This document shows, piece by piece, positions 36,844-52,349 of a stretch of DNA of 64,000 bases. Origin of the DNA: Paraspadella gotoi (taxonomy: Eukaryota; Animalia; Chaetognatha); contig CM119270.1 of assembly GCA_051294375.1 (NCBI GenBank), positions 1,556,633 through 1,620,632 on the forward strand. The letters are read 5' to 3'. Both the position numbers and the translations under genes were made by a program. Under the pieces are notes generated by a model, which saw only the letters and a program-made list of their open reading frames with translations, was not told the origin of the DNA and made no database searches. Positions within the stretch are counted from its first letter, which is position 1. Every line of letters begins with the position of its first letter.

Positions 36844-37464
36844 CAAATAAGTAAGCAGACAGAGATTTCTAGGCGAAATCAAAGTGGATTTTATTTCTTC
36901 AGAATTTAGACAATAACTAACACAAGAGGAAGAGTGAATCAAAACAAGTTGGGTTCATATTTATAGAGTGCAATCGGATCGGAGGTAAGGGTAAAAGTTT
37001 TTTTCCAAATCCCCAAATTCTTCCCGTCGATTCTTTGCCAAAAAATCTCGAACTCAGTTTCGCGTTTATGACCTAAAAAATCCCTTCGACGAAAACGAAC
37101 AACGATGACGAACGATGACGAACAACGACGAAAAAACGATGCACGAACGATGACGAACAACGACGTATGCAACGACGACGACGACAACTACTTCTTTTCC
37201 TTCATTTTTGGCCTCTGACTCTCGGGCAGAAATTTGCTCTTCCTCCGGCCCAAGAAATTCTGAAAGACTTGACTCATCCACTAACAGACCATTGGTGTCT
37301 TGGACTTGGCTCCAAAACGCAAATGACCTTGATATCCTGCGATGGTTTGGTTACTTCCTGCTGCAACATCATTTGCTTGGTTGCTTGGTTGCTTGGCCTA
37401 AAAGCTTGATATTTTTGGCATTACCTTACTTTATATTCTCTCTTCTTTTTTATATCTTTTCTAT

Positions 37465-37650
37465 ATTTTCCTATCCTATCTATTGTCTTCTCTATCCTCT
37501 ATCCTATCCTATCTATTGTCTTCTCTATTCCCTATCTTATCCTATCTATTGTCTTTTCTATTCTCTATCCAATCATATTTATTGTCTTCTCTATTCTCTA
37601 TCCTATCCTATTTATTGTGTTCTCTATTCTCTATATTATCTATTGTCTTC
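37465..37650. repeat. 30-bp minisatellite (tatcctatcctatctattgtcttctctattc)
   Basis: About 6 tandem copies. Confidence 0.85.
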
Positions 37651-38366
37651 TTTCTCTTCTCAAGCATTAGAATTTCCTCCCTCCTTTAATTTCTTTTTCT
37701 CCCTTACTCCTTTCTTCAATATTCCTTATTTCATTTCCTTCTGTTTTCTTTTCTTTTCTTTTCTTTCCTTCCTTCCTTTCCTTTTTTTCTCTCTTTCCTC
37801 TCTTTCCTTTTGTTATTTCCTCTCTTCCTTTCCTTCTTTCCTTTCCTTCTTTTTTCCTTCTTTTCATTTTATTTTATCTTTCCTCCCTTCCTTTCCTTAT
37901 TTTCTTTCCTCCCTTCCTTTCCTTCTTTTCTTTCCTCAATTCATTTCCTTCTTTTCTTTCTTCCCTACTTTCCTCGCTTTCCTTCTTTTCTTTCCTTCCT
38001 TTTTTTCCTTATTTTCTTACTTCCCTCTCTTTCCTTCTTTTCTTTCATATCTTCCTTTCCTTCTTTTCTTTCTTTATTCCTCCCTTCCTCCAGTATACCT
38101 TCCTCTCTTTTCCTTTTTCCTTTCTTTCTTTTCTCTCCCCCTTCCTTTCCTTTCTTTCCTCCCTTCCTCCAATATACCTTCCTCCCTTTTCCTTCTTCCT
38201 ATTCTCACAAGAAAAAAAAGAATGAAACTAAAATTCCCCTTCCTCTATCTACTTTTCCTCCTCTTCCTTCTCCCATAGAATTAACACGTGACTCATCCTC
38301 ATCATCGAGCACAACGTTCCTTCCTCGGACTGGAACAAACCTCCCACTCCTTCCCATGCGTACTGG

Positions 38367-38476
<110 letters not shown>

Positions 38477-38797
38477 ATTGCGTCAATCACTTTTCCTTTC
38501 TTATCTCTCTCTTCTTCTTTCTCCCTCCCTCTCCCCTCTCCCTCTTTTCTTTCACTCCTTTCAATCTCTACCTCCTTCTTCCTTTCTTCCTCCTCCTCCT
38601 CCTCCACCGACATTGCACCATTTTCTTGCACGGCCTCCCACACACACAGACCCTCACACACCATAGAGCGAAAGGATGCAACAGGATGGATTGGCGTCAG
38701 CAGCTGCCCAGCCGAAGCGAAGCCGCATTTTCCGCAGCCCCAGCGCCGCAGACGGGAAACGTGGTGCCTCTCTCTCTCTCTCTCTCTCTCTCTCCTC

Positions 38798-38837
<40 letters not shown>

Positions 38838-41247
38838 GCCGGGCGTAGAGTTGGGGGAATGCAGCCCGGGGATGTAGAAAAGGGATTGTAGCCAACTGTA
38901 ATTGGGATGTAAATGAGACAAAAATGGTTGTACAACCTTGAGAAATAAAAAAGTTTTGGAAGAGTTAGCATCGAGCAACGCGTTACAAGCAATGATTGAA
39001 ATAGATGGCCGGCGGTATATAATAAATTGGCAAACAAGCACTTGTACTATTAGAATTCAAAATATTCCGTTGCTTTAACATCAGTGCAATTGTCAGCATG
39101 CGATGGAATTCAAAGCTATGGAATGCAATGGAATGCAATGAATAACGTTGGAATTCAAAGCTATAGAATGCAATGGTATGCATTTACATGGAATGCGATG
39201 CTATGGTTTTCATCGTAATGAAATGTATTGTAATGTATTGTAATAAAATGTATTGCAAGGACAATTTAGGAGTTAATGGGAAGAAACAAGGATTATAAAT
39301 AATTATCTCGTAAAAATTTACCAAGAGTAACTAGGCAATAGCTCCAGAGAAAAAGGAGAGCAGATGCAGTGTAGTAAAAGCAAGTAGAAGTGGAGCAAAA
39401 TAGCGGAAGTGTAGCAGACAGTGAAAGTGAAAAAAAAATGAGAAGGAATTTAGGGAGAAGAGAATGAGAGATGCGGAGAGGAGGCGGTGAAAGAGAGATG
39501 GACAGGGGCGCATGGGGCGTACTTGGGCGTGGTAGGTTGTGGAGGCAGGCGGGGGCGGCCCCAGTAGGCGGCGGCCGCCCTTCGTTGTCTCCGCATTCCT
39601 TTCCTCGTTTTCTTCCTCCTTTCCTCNNNNNNNNNNNNNNNNNNNNNNNNNNNNNNNNNNNNNNNNNNNNNNNNNNNNNNNNNNNNNNNNNNNNNNNNNN
39701 NNNNNNNNNNNNNNNNNNNNNNNNNNNNNNNNNNNNNNNNNNNNNNNNNNNNNNNNNNNNNNNNNNNNNNNNNCCAACAGAGTTGGTTAATTTCTCGCTG
39801 ATGTTTAAACCAAACGAGAACCCTTCCCTTTTTTTGTCTGTAAACTGATATCACGAACAGAAAGACGAGCAAATCTGTCAACCGCAGTTCTATTCTTTTT
39901 TCTTTTTTTCCTTTTTTTCTTTTTTTTCTTCTTCTTGGCTTCCTCTTTCCTTCGTTTTCCTCCTTTTTCCTTCTTTTTCTTCTTTTTCTTGGCTTCCTCC
40001 TTCTTCCTCCATTTTCCTCCTTTTTCTTTTCTTTTCTTTCTTTTCTTTTTCTTGGCTTCCTTCTCCTTCCTCCGTTTTCCTTATTTTTCTTTTCTTTCTT
40101 TTCTTTTTCTTGGCTTCCTTCTCCTTTCTCCGTTTTCCTCCTTTTTCTTTTTTTTCTTTCTTTTCTTTTTCTTGGCTTCCTTCTTTTCTTTTCTTTCTTT
40201 CTTTTCTTTTTCTTNNNNNNNNNNNNNNNNNNNNNNNNNNNNNNNNNNNNNNNNNNNNNNNNNNNNNNNNNNNNNNNNNNNNNNNNNNNNNNNNNNNNNN
40301 NNNNNNNNNNNNNNNNNNNNNNNNNNNNNNNNNNNNNNNNNNNNNNNNNNNNNNNNNNNNNNNNNNNNNNNNNNNNNNNNNNNNNNNNNNNNNNNNNNNN
40401 NNNNNNNNNNNNNNNNNNNNNNNNNNNNNNNNNNNNNNNNNNNNNNNNNNNNNNNNNNNNNNNNNNNNNNNNNNNNNNNNNNNNNNNNNNNNNNNNNNNN
40501 NNNNNNNNNNNNNNNNNNNNNNNNNNNNNNNNNNNNNNNNNNNNNNNNNNNNNNNNNNNNNNNNNNNNNNNNNNNNNNNNNNNNNNNNNNNNNNNNNNNN
40601 NNNNNNNNNNNNNNNNNNNNNNNNNNNNNNNNNNNNNNNNNNNNNNNNNNNNNNNNNNNNNNNNNNNNNNNNNNNNNNNNNNNNNNNNNNNNNNNNNNNN
40701 NNNNNNNNNNNNNNNNNNNNNNNNNNNNNNNNNNNNNNNNNNNNNNNNNNNNNNNNNNNNNNNNNNNNNNNNNNNNNNNNNNNNNNNNNNNNNNNNNNNN
40801 NNNNNNNNNNNNNNNNNNNNNNNNNNNNNNNNNNNNNNNNNNNNNNNNNNNNNNNNNNNNNNNNNNNNNNNNNNNNNGAGAGAGAGAGAGAGAGAGATAG
40901 AGAAAGAGAGAGAGAAAGAGAGAGAGATTCTTTCCTCTCTTCCAGTCTGCCAAATACGATTTTAAAAAGGTCATTCCATGAACCGAAAATTCCTCGCATT
41001 GTTTTTCCCTCGGAGACTTTTTATAGTAAAATATAAATATTATCAAATATTAAAAGCTAAAGTCCGTTTAAAGATAAACTAAGCAATAAATAATTTTTTT
41101 GGAAAATAAATTAATTTACGGTAAATCTTTAGCACTGGAACTTCACTCGGATAATAATAATCACAACCAAATATTACGTTGGATGCTTATTTGGATAATG
41201 ACTCTCTCTCTCTCTCTCTCTNNNNNNNNNNNNNNNNNNNNNNNNNA

Positions 41248-41894
41248 TTTTTAAACTCTCTCCTCTCCTCTTCTATCCCGGCGATACGGGTGCAGGCTAA
41301 TCTCTCTCCAGTCTGTTGGCGTCCTCCATAGTCATATCATCATCATCGTCTTATCGTGTATGCATCTCTCTCTCCTTCCGGCTCCTAGTCTCTCTCCATC
41401 CTATCTCTTCTCCTCATTCCTGACCGATATCAGAATGCAGAGTCTCTCTCTCGCCCTCTCTCCCGGGGTTTCCGTCCTTCGGATTAATATGAGAAGCGTG
41501 TGAGGTCATGCGCTGAAATAGACAGCGAAGATGAAAAACTGGAATATGGGGCTATCACGCTAGAACTGGGAAAGGACCAAATAACAGAAATTCAGCGGAG
41601 CAAAAAGTCGGTCTCTAAGAACTCAAATGGACAGGCGTTTTAAGTCGGTTTCGTCCCAAAAGACATGAGATGGTTGGAAGAGTATTGGAAGAGGAAGAGG
41701 GAGAGATTGATCAGGAGATAACAAAACAAAGCAAAAAAAACCCGAGATAGAGAAGCAGGAGAAGAGAGGCGGGAGAGAGGAGAGAAGAGAAAGAGGAGGC
41801 AAGAGAGTGGGGAGTATGTTATGTTAAGTAGATTTATATTATCAGATTAAGGCGCGGCCGTATAGTTATTATAATATAGATTTATATATTATAA

Positions 41895-41973
<79 letters not shown>

Positions 41974-41986
41974 AATAAAAAAAAAG

Positions 41987-42017
<31 letters not shown>

Positions 42018-43754
42018 AATACCCAAAAAAAAAAAGAAAAAAAAAATACGAAAACAAAAAACTCCAAAAAAAAAAAAAAACTTACACGAACAAACAAAAA
42101 AAAAAGATCAAACGACCCACAAATGCAGCCCAAAAAAAAAACAATAAAAAAAAAATACACAAATCTATACTACTATAATATATCACAAACGGTCGACAAT
42201 CCTCTACCAGCAATCTCTCTGTACTATCCATTTAACTCCAAGAAACTAAAAATTACATACATATTCTACATAAATCATTAATATTTACATTTCACATATT
42301 ATTACCACTAAATGTACTTAGCAACAAACTTCAACGAATAATATATATGCAAAAAAAGATCACACTACTCTACATTGCTAATTTAACAAAATAACCACAC
42401 GACAAATCTGTACTCACTGTTTTCTACTAAAAAAGAATGCTAGAAATTACCATAAGTTAACATCCTTTGAGTATAATATTCATTAAAACCCACAATACAA
42501 ATAAAATTAGATAACAATTGCAATTACATAAATATAATAATAAACAAAATACGATATATCAAAATCTACAGAAAAAATGAAAACCACAAACAACAAGTAA
42601 GACAATGCAGCACATATCCCATGGTAAATGAGATAAACACAATCAATAATAGCCACTACTCTAAATCAAATTGCATCATATATGATCAGACGCACGATGA
42701 TTATAAATGTTATCCACGACATCTATAATAATTCAGGATAAGCCATAAGATACTGAACAAATACAAATTCAACTCTGTGGTATACACGTGACGAAATTCC
42801 AAATGTATAGCTAAAATATTACGGCAACCTAAAGAAATAATCTACACATACGCACAACAAATAAAACGAATCACCGATCGAAAAGTCACGACGTGTCCTG
42901 TACCAAAACTACCGAAAAGTACACACAACATGGAATTCCTATATACATAAGTAACAAAAACAGCAATATTATTATGAAATCAGAACTAAAAACCATAAGA
43001 TTACAAAGTAGCTACTAGTCTAATTTACCATTAGGAAATATAAACACTAATAAACATTACGAGCTAACACAATACATAAATAATATCAACAATACGCTAA
43101 TGCTAAAAGCGCAGTTGCAACTCCAACATGTATGTACTATACGTCTTAAAGACAAAAAACAAAATAAAAAGACAACATTAAATATTCAAATGTTAAACTA
43201 AAAATGATCTTAAAATTTTAACAAAAGGAGAGAAAAAGACGAATTGAGACACAGTAACAAAACACAATATTTTAGTAACTCATTATAACATACAAATACT
43301 GCAACAAACGAAATTAAAAAAATAAGAAACACAATATATCAATTGATAGTAACCAAAAAATAACACTGACTCTATGTTTTATCGATTTCTTACAAAAATT
43401 CCCTGTGTGCACTCGCTCATACCTAACTGACAAAATTTCAAAATTCACACACACCAACAAAATCATATCTACTGACCCTTATCGACATAAATAAAGAAAA
43501 AAATTAAGATCACACGATGAAAAAAAAATAGAAAAAAGACAAAAAAAAAGAAAGAAAGTTAAAGAAAAAAAAAAACAAAACAAAGAAATCGAAAAAAAAG
43601 GAAATATATAATAAAAAAGAACAAAAAGAAATAGATCTACATATCCCACCGACAATTATCAAAAAAATAAAAAAAGAAGAATAAATTAAAAAAAACAAGG
43701 GAAAAAACATAACTAACTTAACATACAACAAACTGGCAAAGGAAACAGCATAAA

Positions 43755-43802
<48 letters not shown>

Positions 43803-43990
43803 AAATAAAAAAAAAAAAAAAAGCCTAAAAATAAATAAATAAAAATCACAACAAAAAAGAGCAAAGGAAAAAAAAATAAAAAAAAAAAAAGAAAAAAAAA
43901 AAAAAAAAAAAAAAGAAAAAAAACGGAAAAAATATAAAAAAAGAAAAAAAAAAAAGAAAAAAAAAAAAAAGATTAAGAAATAAAAAAAAG

Positions 43991-44059
<69 letters not shown>

Positions 44060-47000
44060 AAAAAAAAAAATAGAAAAGAAAAAAAATATAAAAAAAAAAA
44101 AAATAAAAAAAAAAAAAAAAAATAAGAAACAGAAAAAAAACAAACAGAAAAAAAAAAAAAAGAAAAATACGAAATAAAAACAAAAAAAAAATAAAAAAAA
44201 ATCAAAAGAAAAACAAAAAAAAGTCCAAAAAAAAAAAATATAAACAACAAAAAAATAAAACATAACAAAATAAGAAAAACAGAAAAAAACAAAAAAAAAA
44301 AAACAAAATAAAAAAAAAAAACAACAAATCAACAAAAACTAAAATAATCACAGAAAGAAAAAGAGAAAAACTAAAAATAGAATAAAAAAAAAAAAAAAAG
44401 ATAAAAAATGAAATCTGAATAAAACAAAGAATATAAAAACAACTAAAAAGAAAAACAAAAAAAAAAACATACAATAAAAAACAATAAAAAACAATAAAAT
44501 TTTAGTTTAATGAAACATATTGTCAAATTTTAAATTACGTTAAAAAACTAACTTAGTCAAAAACTCGGATAAAACTTATTATCGTTACCATGCATTCGCT
44601 GATAACCATGAACCAAAGACGGTGGCCATCCAAAATCTTCCAGCATAGAGATATTGACGAAGTGACCATCACCCGATGATCAGGTAGCGTAGACGAGGCC
44701 AACTATACTGAAAAAGCTGAAAATAACCATTCCAAACGACTAACTTGACGAAAGATAAGATTAGAAGTATCTCGACAGCAAAAAGAAGTGCACTCTCAAC
44801 GAACCGAGCCATATGCTAAAAATACCCGTTCGATCAAACATATAAGAATATGACGTGAAACATACAATAAATACACTGCCAGATAAACAACATTAAAAGC
44901 TAATAACAGTCTGGCAAAGAGAGGAAACGAGTGAATAAGCAGCAGAAGAAAGGCGATTTAATGTCGATGTGCTATATTACAAACCAACGACGAAGACCAG
45001 AAGTGAGTGAGAATTTATTATCCCACCATTTTTGTTAATAGATGTGAAATATCAAATACATTGTAAAAAAATAAAAAGATATAGGATGAAATTCAAGGAT
45101 TTGTTTTAAATTTTAGTATATACCTTATCTAGTCGAACGGTAAGACGCTCACTCGAGCACAATGCGAAAGATGCAACGAATACAACATCGCAAATGCGAC
45201 GATTACTTATTGGGCCATGACGAGAACAGAAAACTGTTCTAAAAAGCAAGGTGTAGACGACAAGTGAAATCACAGTGATACATGATCACGAGAATAATAA
45301 ATATTAAATATTATCCGTATAAACTAGACTGTTAAATTTTTAACCGTAGATTTTCTTCTCAATCAGCTGCGAGACCAACAAGGAAGCACTGAAATCCGTT
45401 CAAAAAAAAAAAAAAAAAAGAAAAGGAAAAAAATGCTGGACGTTTTAAAACAACTCTTTGGGCTTAAACAAACACAACGGTTATGAGGATTAGAATTGAG
45501 AAACGGCGGATGCGCAGACGATAAAATTCAAACTCTTTTGAGACTGTGTAGTCAATTACCTGTGTATAATGTATTTAAACCATTTGCTTACAATTAGATC
45601 CGAGGAATACCCCTGTTGAAAAATTCGTATTATTTATCATATTACTATATGCATAATTTATAATAAAATATAGAGAGATATACAAATACCCATAATCGTC
45701 AAGAAAGAAACCCTGACTTCGTCCTGCACTTAAATCTGTATTGAAAAAATAGAAAACGATGTCCGACGATGAGATGACTTTGAAACGAGCTACTCCCCAT
45801 GTCTCAGAAAACCGGCGAAAAAAAACGAAACTGACAGAGAAGGATGTCCTCATCTCAGATGCCTTTCTAACCGGAAACTTCTTCTTCAAGAGAGCGATAA
45901 CATTTTCCGGTTTGGTCGAAATAGCTTCGGTTGTTACGCGCCCAAGCTTCGTCACTAAACAGAGAGTTCGGCGAGCGGAACACGGCGGACCTTATCGGTA
46001 TACATTTTGCACAAAGACTACCGCAACGGAGCAATTCTTAATCACGACTGCTGAATAAAAACCAAAATAATTCTAACCTACCGTTACCTTTACATCAACT
46101 AAGTATGGGATCATAAGAACCTCTTGAAAAAAGCTGCGAGGTACGAGCGATCGAAGTAAAAAGGAGCGAACATTGTACGGATGATAAATCAGCAATCAGC
46201 GCGGAGAACCGCCACCGAGTCCAAAAGTTTCTGAAACTCGACCTAGTAGGCTCAACTTAGAATTAAAATGATTAAATATAATTGCCTACGTTTATGACAC
46301 TTGTTTTATCTTTAGGCAATTCGCACAATCTCACATCGAATAATATTTAATTCCGATAACGGACGGGTTTATATTTCAGATAAATAACCTAAATTTTAAG
46401 AAGTATTTATTGGACAAAATAAACGTAATTGCATCATGTTATCAAAAAGAAAACGTTTATGTTATTGTTTTGCAATAAACTTTTAATAGAGAATTGCGAG
46501 TTACAAACAATAAGATAAACTTATATTAAAATATAAAATGTTGATAAAACATAAGAACAAGTAACATGTCACACAGTTCTCACGACTCGCTATTCTATCG
46601 TGTGGAAATGGGTTACTGAAAGAACAACAGTATAAACCACGTAATTTTTCAGATTATAAATAGCTAGAAATACGGATCATAAACCATACTTTATATAACG
46701 CTAAAATCATAATTTAACAAGTCTTAAAGAATTATTTGAACAATTGGCTTACATTAACTTGTCAATTGAAATACCTTTCATGTAAGATTTGAATAGAGTT
46801 TAGTTAAATAATATGTCGAATAAGAATAACTCGATAAGCGAGGTGCCAGTTAACATTAAGTTTCACGCTTGATCCGTATGCGTTAATTCACTACTTTCTC
46901 GTAAATGTAAATTTATAACGAGATCTGAACTATTATTTGTAGCCGCAAACCTCTTACAGAAAGTAACTACACTTCAGAAATTCCAATTTAAGTTGGTCTC

Positions 47001-49323
47001 CATTATATTACCAAGTGCAACCATAAGATATTACTATCACTTTAGCTTCCAAGCAAGATGAATCTTGTAATGAGATTCTTTCTAACATTTTATGATGTAT
47101 TGCAGCCTAGCACAGCTCGTCGACACAGAGTCATCGGATTCTCGAAAAAATATCGCAATATAACCTGGTTGCAGTCGACATTCTGTGAGAGCCAAAACGA
47201 TTCATACTAGTGCTGACCCGCTACTGAGAGGCGCTACATATACCGCCTCATATCGCTTAATGTCTCTTTTCATTCGTATCGAGACTTATACGACGAGATG
47301 ATTCTAAGTATTCTCCTTGGAATTTCTATTGCGCCTTATGCATATTGCTCATATCCTGAGGATTCTAGATTCGTGATTAATCTCTCTTCTCTTCGATCCA
47401 TGAGCTCAATTTACTTAAACGACTGATGCGAACATTGATACGCCTTTCCTTAGTTTAATAGTCGCCCTTACGTCAAAACTCGTTGCCTCACTCACAATCG
47501 AATAGACAATCACCCTACGACAAAAATAGTTCACAAAAGCACACGTAACTTTTTCTAGCTGACTTTTTATTAGATATGGATTTCGTCGTTTTAAGCAGCT
47601 GATATTTTCCTGAGATGAGGAAAAAAAAATAGTCAATTAGAGTATTAGCACGTGAAGAAGAGGCAAAAAAGTAAATAAAAAATGTCAAACAAGCAAAGTA
47701 TGTCACCTGGCAACAGATCACTCTCATCTCAGGAGTAGGCTTTTTATTTATACCTCCGAATTATATACATTCAGAACGACGTCACTTCAGCTTCATTCGT
47801 CATTGGAGTCAAGAAAAATCTCCTCGAATCCCACGGCGACTTTATTTCAATATTTTTACCGCAGATCTTTTGAACTACGCATCAAACACTTACAATCTCA
47901 CTGATAGACAGAAGTGACAACACCTCTCTGCCCTCAACACCTTACACCGCCCCAATACAGTAGATTCACCGACCAAACTGACCACATGAACTTGTCCATC
48001 TTCATACGTAGACTCTGCTTACCTGACAAGATTACTGTGATTCTGCAAGAAAACTCCATACCTCCGACGACTGTAGCCTACATCCTCTTCCACCCATCAT
48101 ACAATTCTCCCACTATTACAGGAGAGGCTATTCGCAATATTTTGGCGTTCAATACGGTGTAATTTCATTCATAGCTACATGATATGCCCTGGTAAGTCCT
48201 GACATATCGAGGGAGGAACGACATATGAAATAGCTCAATCAATTAGCTAATTACTTCGCGACACGACCGGTGAGGATTGAATTTAAACTTGAAAAAAATA
48301 AGAAATTTACGTCAAAACAAAAAGTTATAAAAAAAATTATAAACAACATTGGACTCATTGCGCTAAAGTATTGTTTATCATAGTAACTCTCATTTCATTG
48401 AAGTATTTAAATAATAATTAAATTAAACTACAGCTAATTTTAAAAATCTTACTTTTCTTCTTTACAAGGAATGGATATTTGCAGCGTACTTGGAGGCGAC
48501 AAATCTGCTCGCTTCTCGTCTATATTCGAAATGGACTATTATTCTATATCGTTAGACTCAAAGAGCACGTTGCGCGCTCAGCATCTCTTGATGGGTTACC
48601 ACCGATTGTCGTTAACGTCAGGCACACCATGCGAGTTGTAGTTGATGTGAGATAGCAAAACTGCGCAGTGAAGCCATCGATACAACAGGTGCAACATCGT
48701 TTCTCCTCGTATCGGTTGTGGGCCAATAAGAACTCCAAATCGGGAATGGATCACGAATGGCCGTAGCGATCTGATGATGTCCAAATGGTGTAGCTGCTTG
48801 TATCGGTTCAAACGCAGAATTACGCTATCATTCAGTTTTTTAACTCAAAATAATGTATAAATTAGAATTAATGTTCAATAGAAATATTTAAAAGTCAAAA
48901 TATCTTTGTCGGATAAGTGAGATAAAAAGCATAAGAGAAAGAGAACGAATCTAGCAGACTGTTAACTGGCTATTGATCATATCTCTATATTTGCGACCGT
49001 CAACTTGCGCGAAGTCCTACACTCATTATATCACTTCGACGGTGTGTCCTCCAGATGCGGTTACGTGCCAACTTAGGTAATATTGCAGAATATTAGCGCA
49101 ATATACTTGAGGATGACTGCAATTGTATAAAAACATGAGGAGAAAAACCTCCAACTAAAGTACTGCAACGGCAACCATTCAGGAAAATACTAAAACTAAA
49201 AGACTAAAACACGAAAAGACAGAAGATTATCACGATGCAGTGAATTTCAATTAATATTTTGCTCAATCCAAGTACGGATTACCTTAATAGATTCACAAAT
49301 AAAATGACCCAAAATGATATATG
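41248..49323. other. Low-quality, probably single-read gap fill including poly(A)-rich noise (41890-44500)
   Basis: Bounded by two ~25-N gaps, with extreme A skew, interrupted homopolymers and no interpretable frame. Confidence 0.7.
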
Positions 49324-50515
49324 NNNNNNNNNNNNNNNNNNNNNNNNNAGAGAGAGAGTGAGAGAGGAGAAAAAGAGAGAGAGAGAGAGGAGGAAGGTTG
49401 AGAACTGAGAAGTGACTGGAAAGCAGTCAGAGGTGATGGGAAAAGTGAATCTGAGGCAAATGAAGAACTTTAAAAAAAATTGTGGAGAGAAAAAGGAGAA
49501 AGGAAATTATTATTATTATTATTTCAAAAACTTGAAAAACTGTTTCGAGAATTAGATTTGTTTACTTGTTTACATTACATTACATTACATTACATTACTA
49601 GTTTAAATTTACAATTAAGTTCAGAGAAAAGTGGGAATAAGACGATTGTTTATTCAGAAGGAACTTTGGCAGAAAAAAGGCCAAAAGAGGCTAAAAATCG
49701 CGGGCAAGAGAAAAGAGAAAAAAGGGAAAAATTGTCTCTCGAACTAAAGAAAAGTTATCGACACTCGAGGAAAAGACGCTTTGCTGTATTGGCATTTTTC
49801 CTGCAGAGTTTTTGCAATTTTGCTCGAATTTCTTGCTTGTCAATTTTCGTTTGAAGCATTTCTCAATTTTTTTTCTATTAGTGCTTGGTACTATGTTAAA
49901 GTTGCTCGATGAATATGTATTATATTAAGAAATTGGCACAACAGTATCCATTCGTTCAATAATTAAGTTATGTTGCAGTTGACTCTGGGCAAGCTATGGT
50001 GGGCTAAGGCCGCCAACCCTCTGACAAGATAATAACATGGCAAGACTCTCTCTCTGTATAGTTTATTAACACCATGAGTACCTGGCGTCCATATCAAAAG
50101 AGAGGAATAATGTTAAATAATCTGTTTCAATTTTATAAAAATAAACATAGTAAATGTTTTACTATTATTTTTTGTAATATTGTAATATACATTTTAAGAG
50201 CTTCTGTCTTGATCTCTTCTGGTGTTGATGGAAGAGATGAGAAGACTGTCAGGAGAGCAAGAGCAGAAGAGACGAGATGAGAGAGCAGAGAGAGAGACCT
50301 GAGAGGAAGAGAGAGAGAGAGAGAGAGGACATGAAGACCCGGACTTCAATGTCTCTCGACCAATTTTCACGTGTAGAACATAAACTAACGGACTTGGAAC
50401 CGAAAGTAGAGATAGGGAAGAGTAGAGAGAAAGAGAAAGAGAGAGCGGAGAGAGATGATGAGAAGATTAAGATGAGAGAGAGCAGAGAGAGAGAGAGAGG
50501 AGAGAGAGAAGAGAG

Positions 50516-50805
50516 AAACATAGATCGGTGCATCCAATGTGTTTGCGCCGCAGTAACTTTATTTTCACTTGTATTTCCCTTTGATCATATTGATATTGCA
50601 TTCTGAACATGACGCATACTAAAAATTTCTACTTAGCTGTATATTTTGACATGTTTTACTGCATAAAATTTCCTGTTCTTACCATATGATCAGAACGTAT
50701 AGGCCGATATTATATACATTTTTAAATAAGTGGACAGACTGACGGACATAAAAGTACCGACCGACAGACGTACCGGAAAAAGTTCCTTACAGAGTAACTC
50801 GCGGG
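50516..50805 (-). mobile_element. HINE-like element, family 2 (short copy)
   Basis: The end aaaca..atcggtgcatccaatgtgtttgcgccgc is shared with 60125-60185. The GAC(G/C/A) microsatellite and gagtaactcgcgg are shared with 1955-2068. Confidence 0.6.
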
Positions 50806-50907
50806 CCCGGTTTCCTTCGTTCTGGTAAGTTTTGTCGCTTGGACTGCCCCAAGGCCAGAAGAACGTTAACCGTTTGTAGTATCAACTCTCTCCTCTCTTT
50901 CTCCTCT

Positions 50908-50943
<36 letters not shown>

Positions 50944-52349
50944 TCTCTTTCTCTCTCTTTCTGAAGCATATACTTGAACGTCGCACCCAATTTTGTCACT
51001 TCTTTTGTTTTCGGGCTGCCTCGCGCTCATTGTTCTCTCCGTCCGCAGGCTCAGTCGCTGGACCTGACTCGTTTCTCTCTTNNNNNNNNNNNNNNNNNNN
51101 NNNNNNNNNNNNNNNNNNNNNNNNNNNNNNNNNNNNNNNNNNNNNNNNNNNNNNNNNNNNNNNNNNNNNNNNNNNNNNNNNNNNNNNNNNNNNNNNNNNN
51201 NNNNNNNNNNNNNNNNNNNNNNNNNNNNNNNNNNNNNNNNNNNNNNNNNNNNNNNNNNNNNNNNNNNNNNNNNNNNNNNNNNNNNNNNNNNNNNNNNNNN
51301 NNNNNNNNNNNNNNNNNNNNNNNNNNNNNNNNNNNNNNNNNNNNNNNNNNNNNNNNNNNNNNNNNNNNNNNNNNNNNNNNNNNNNNNNNNNNNNNNNNNN
51401 NNNNNNNNNNNNNNNNNNNNNNNNNNNNNNNNNNNNNNNNNNNNNNNNNNNNNNNNNNNNNNNNNNNNNNNNNNNNNNNNNNNNNNNNNNNNNNNNNNNN
51501 NNNNNNNNNNNNNNNNNNNNNNNNNNNNNNNNNNNNNNNNNNNNNNNNNNNNNNNNNNNNNNNNNNNNNNNNNNNNNNNNNNNNNNNNNNNNNNNNNNNN
51601 NNNNNNNNNNNNNNNNNNNNNNNNNNNNNNNNNNNNNNNNGAGAGAGAGAGAGAGAGAGAGGAATCGTTTAAGGCCGCGAGGGAGACGAAAGAGGCCAAG
51701 GACTTTTGGCACAAAGAATCGCGTTGGTTAATTGAGAAAAAGGGATTTGCTGATTTTGTATAAATACACTGTGCTGATTAAATAAGTGAATACACTGTGC
51801 TGATTAAAACCGATCGGTTTGTTTCGCGAATTCAATTGTCGAGTTTCTTGGAGACGTGGAACAATGAATGGCGCNNNNNNNNNNNNNNNNNNNNNNNNNN
51901 NNNNNNNNNNNNNNNNNNNNNNNNNNNNNNNNNNNNNNNNNNNNNNNNNNNNNNNNNNNNNNNNNNNNNNNNNNNNNNNNNNNNNNNNNNNNNNNNNNNN
52001 NNNNNNNNNNNNNNNNNNNNNNNNNNNNNNNNNNNNNNNNNNNNNNNNNNNNNNNNNNNNNNNNNNNNNNNNNNNNNNNNNNNNNNNNNNNNNNNNNNNN
52101 NNNNNNNNNNNNNNNNNCATAGCCATAGTAATTTATACGTAAATCCAAATCAAACAACAATATAAACATAACAAAAACAAACTAAAATATAAACAAACAA
52201 ACAAGAAATACGAACGAAGCAAGTCCAACCGTCAGAATAACCATAAACAAAAAACCCATCATTTTTCTCTTCCCGCCATCGATTTTACCGACATGTCGGT
52301 CAAACTGACCAACTGAATCTCCCCGCCATTTTTTATGGAAACTCGACTG

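Noticed and set aside
41890-44500. Poly(A) tracts suggesting retrocopy tails, and poly-Phe ORFs
   Set aside because: Irregular A-dominated noise, more consistent with a low-quality raw read.
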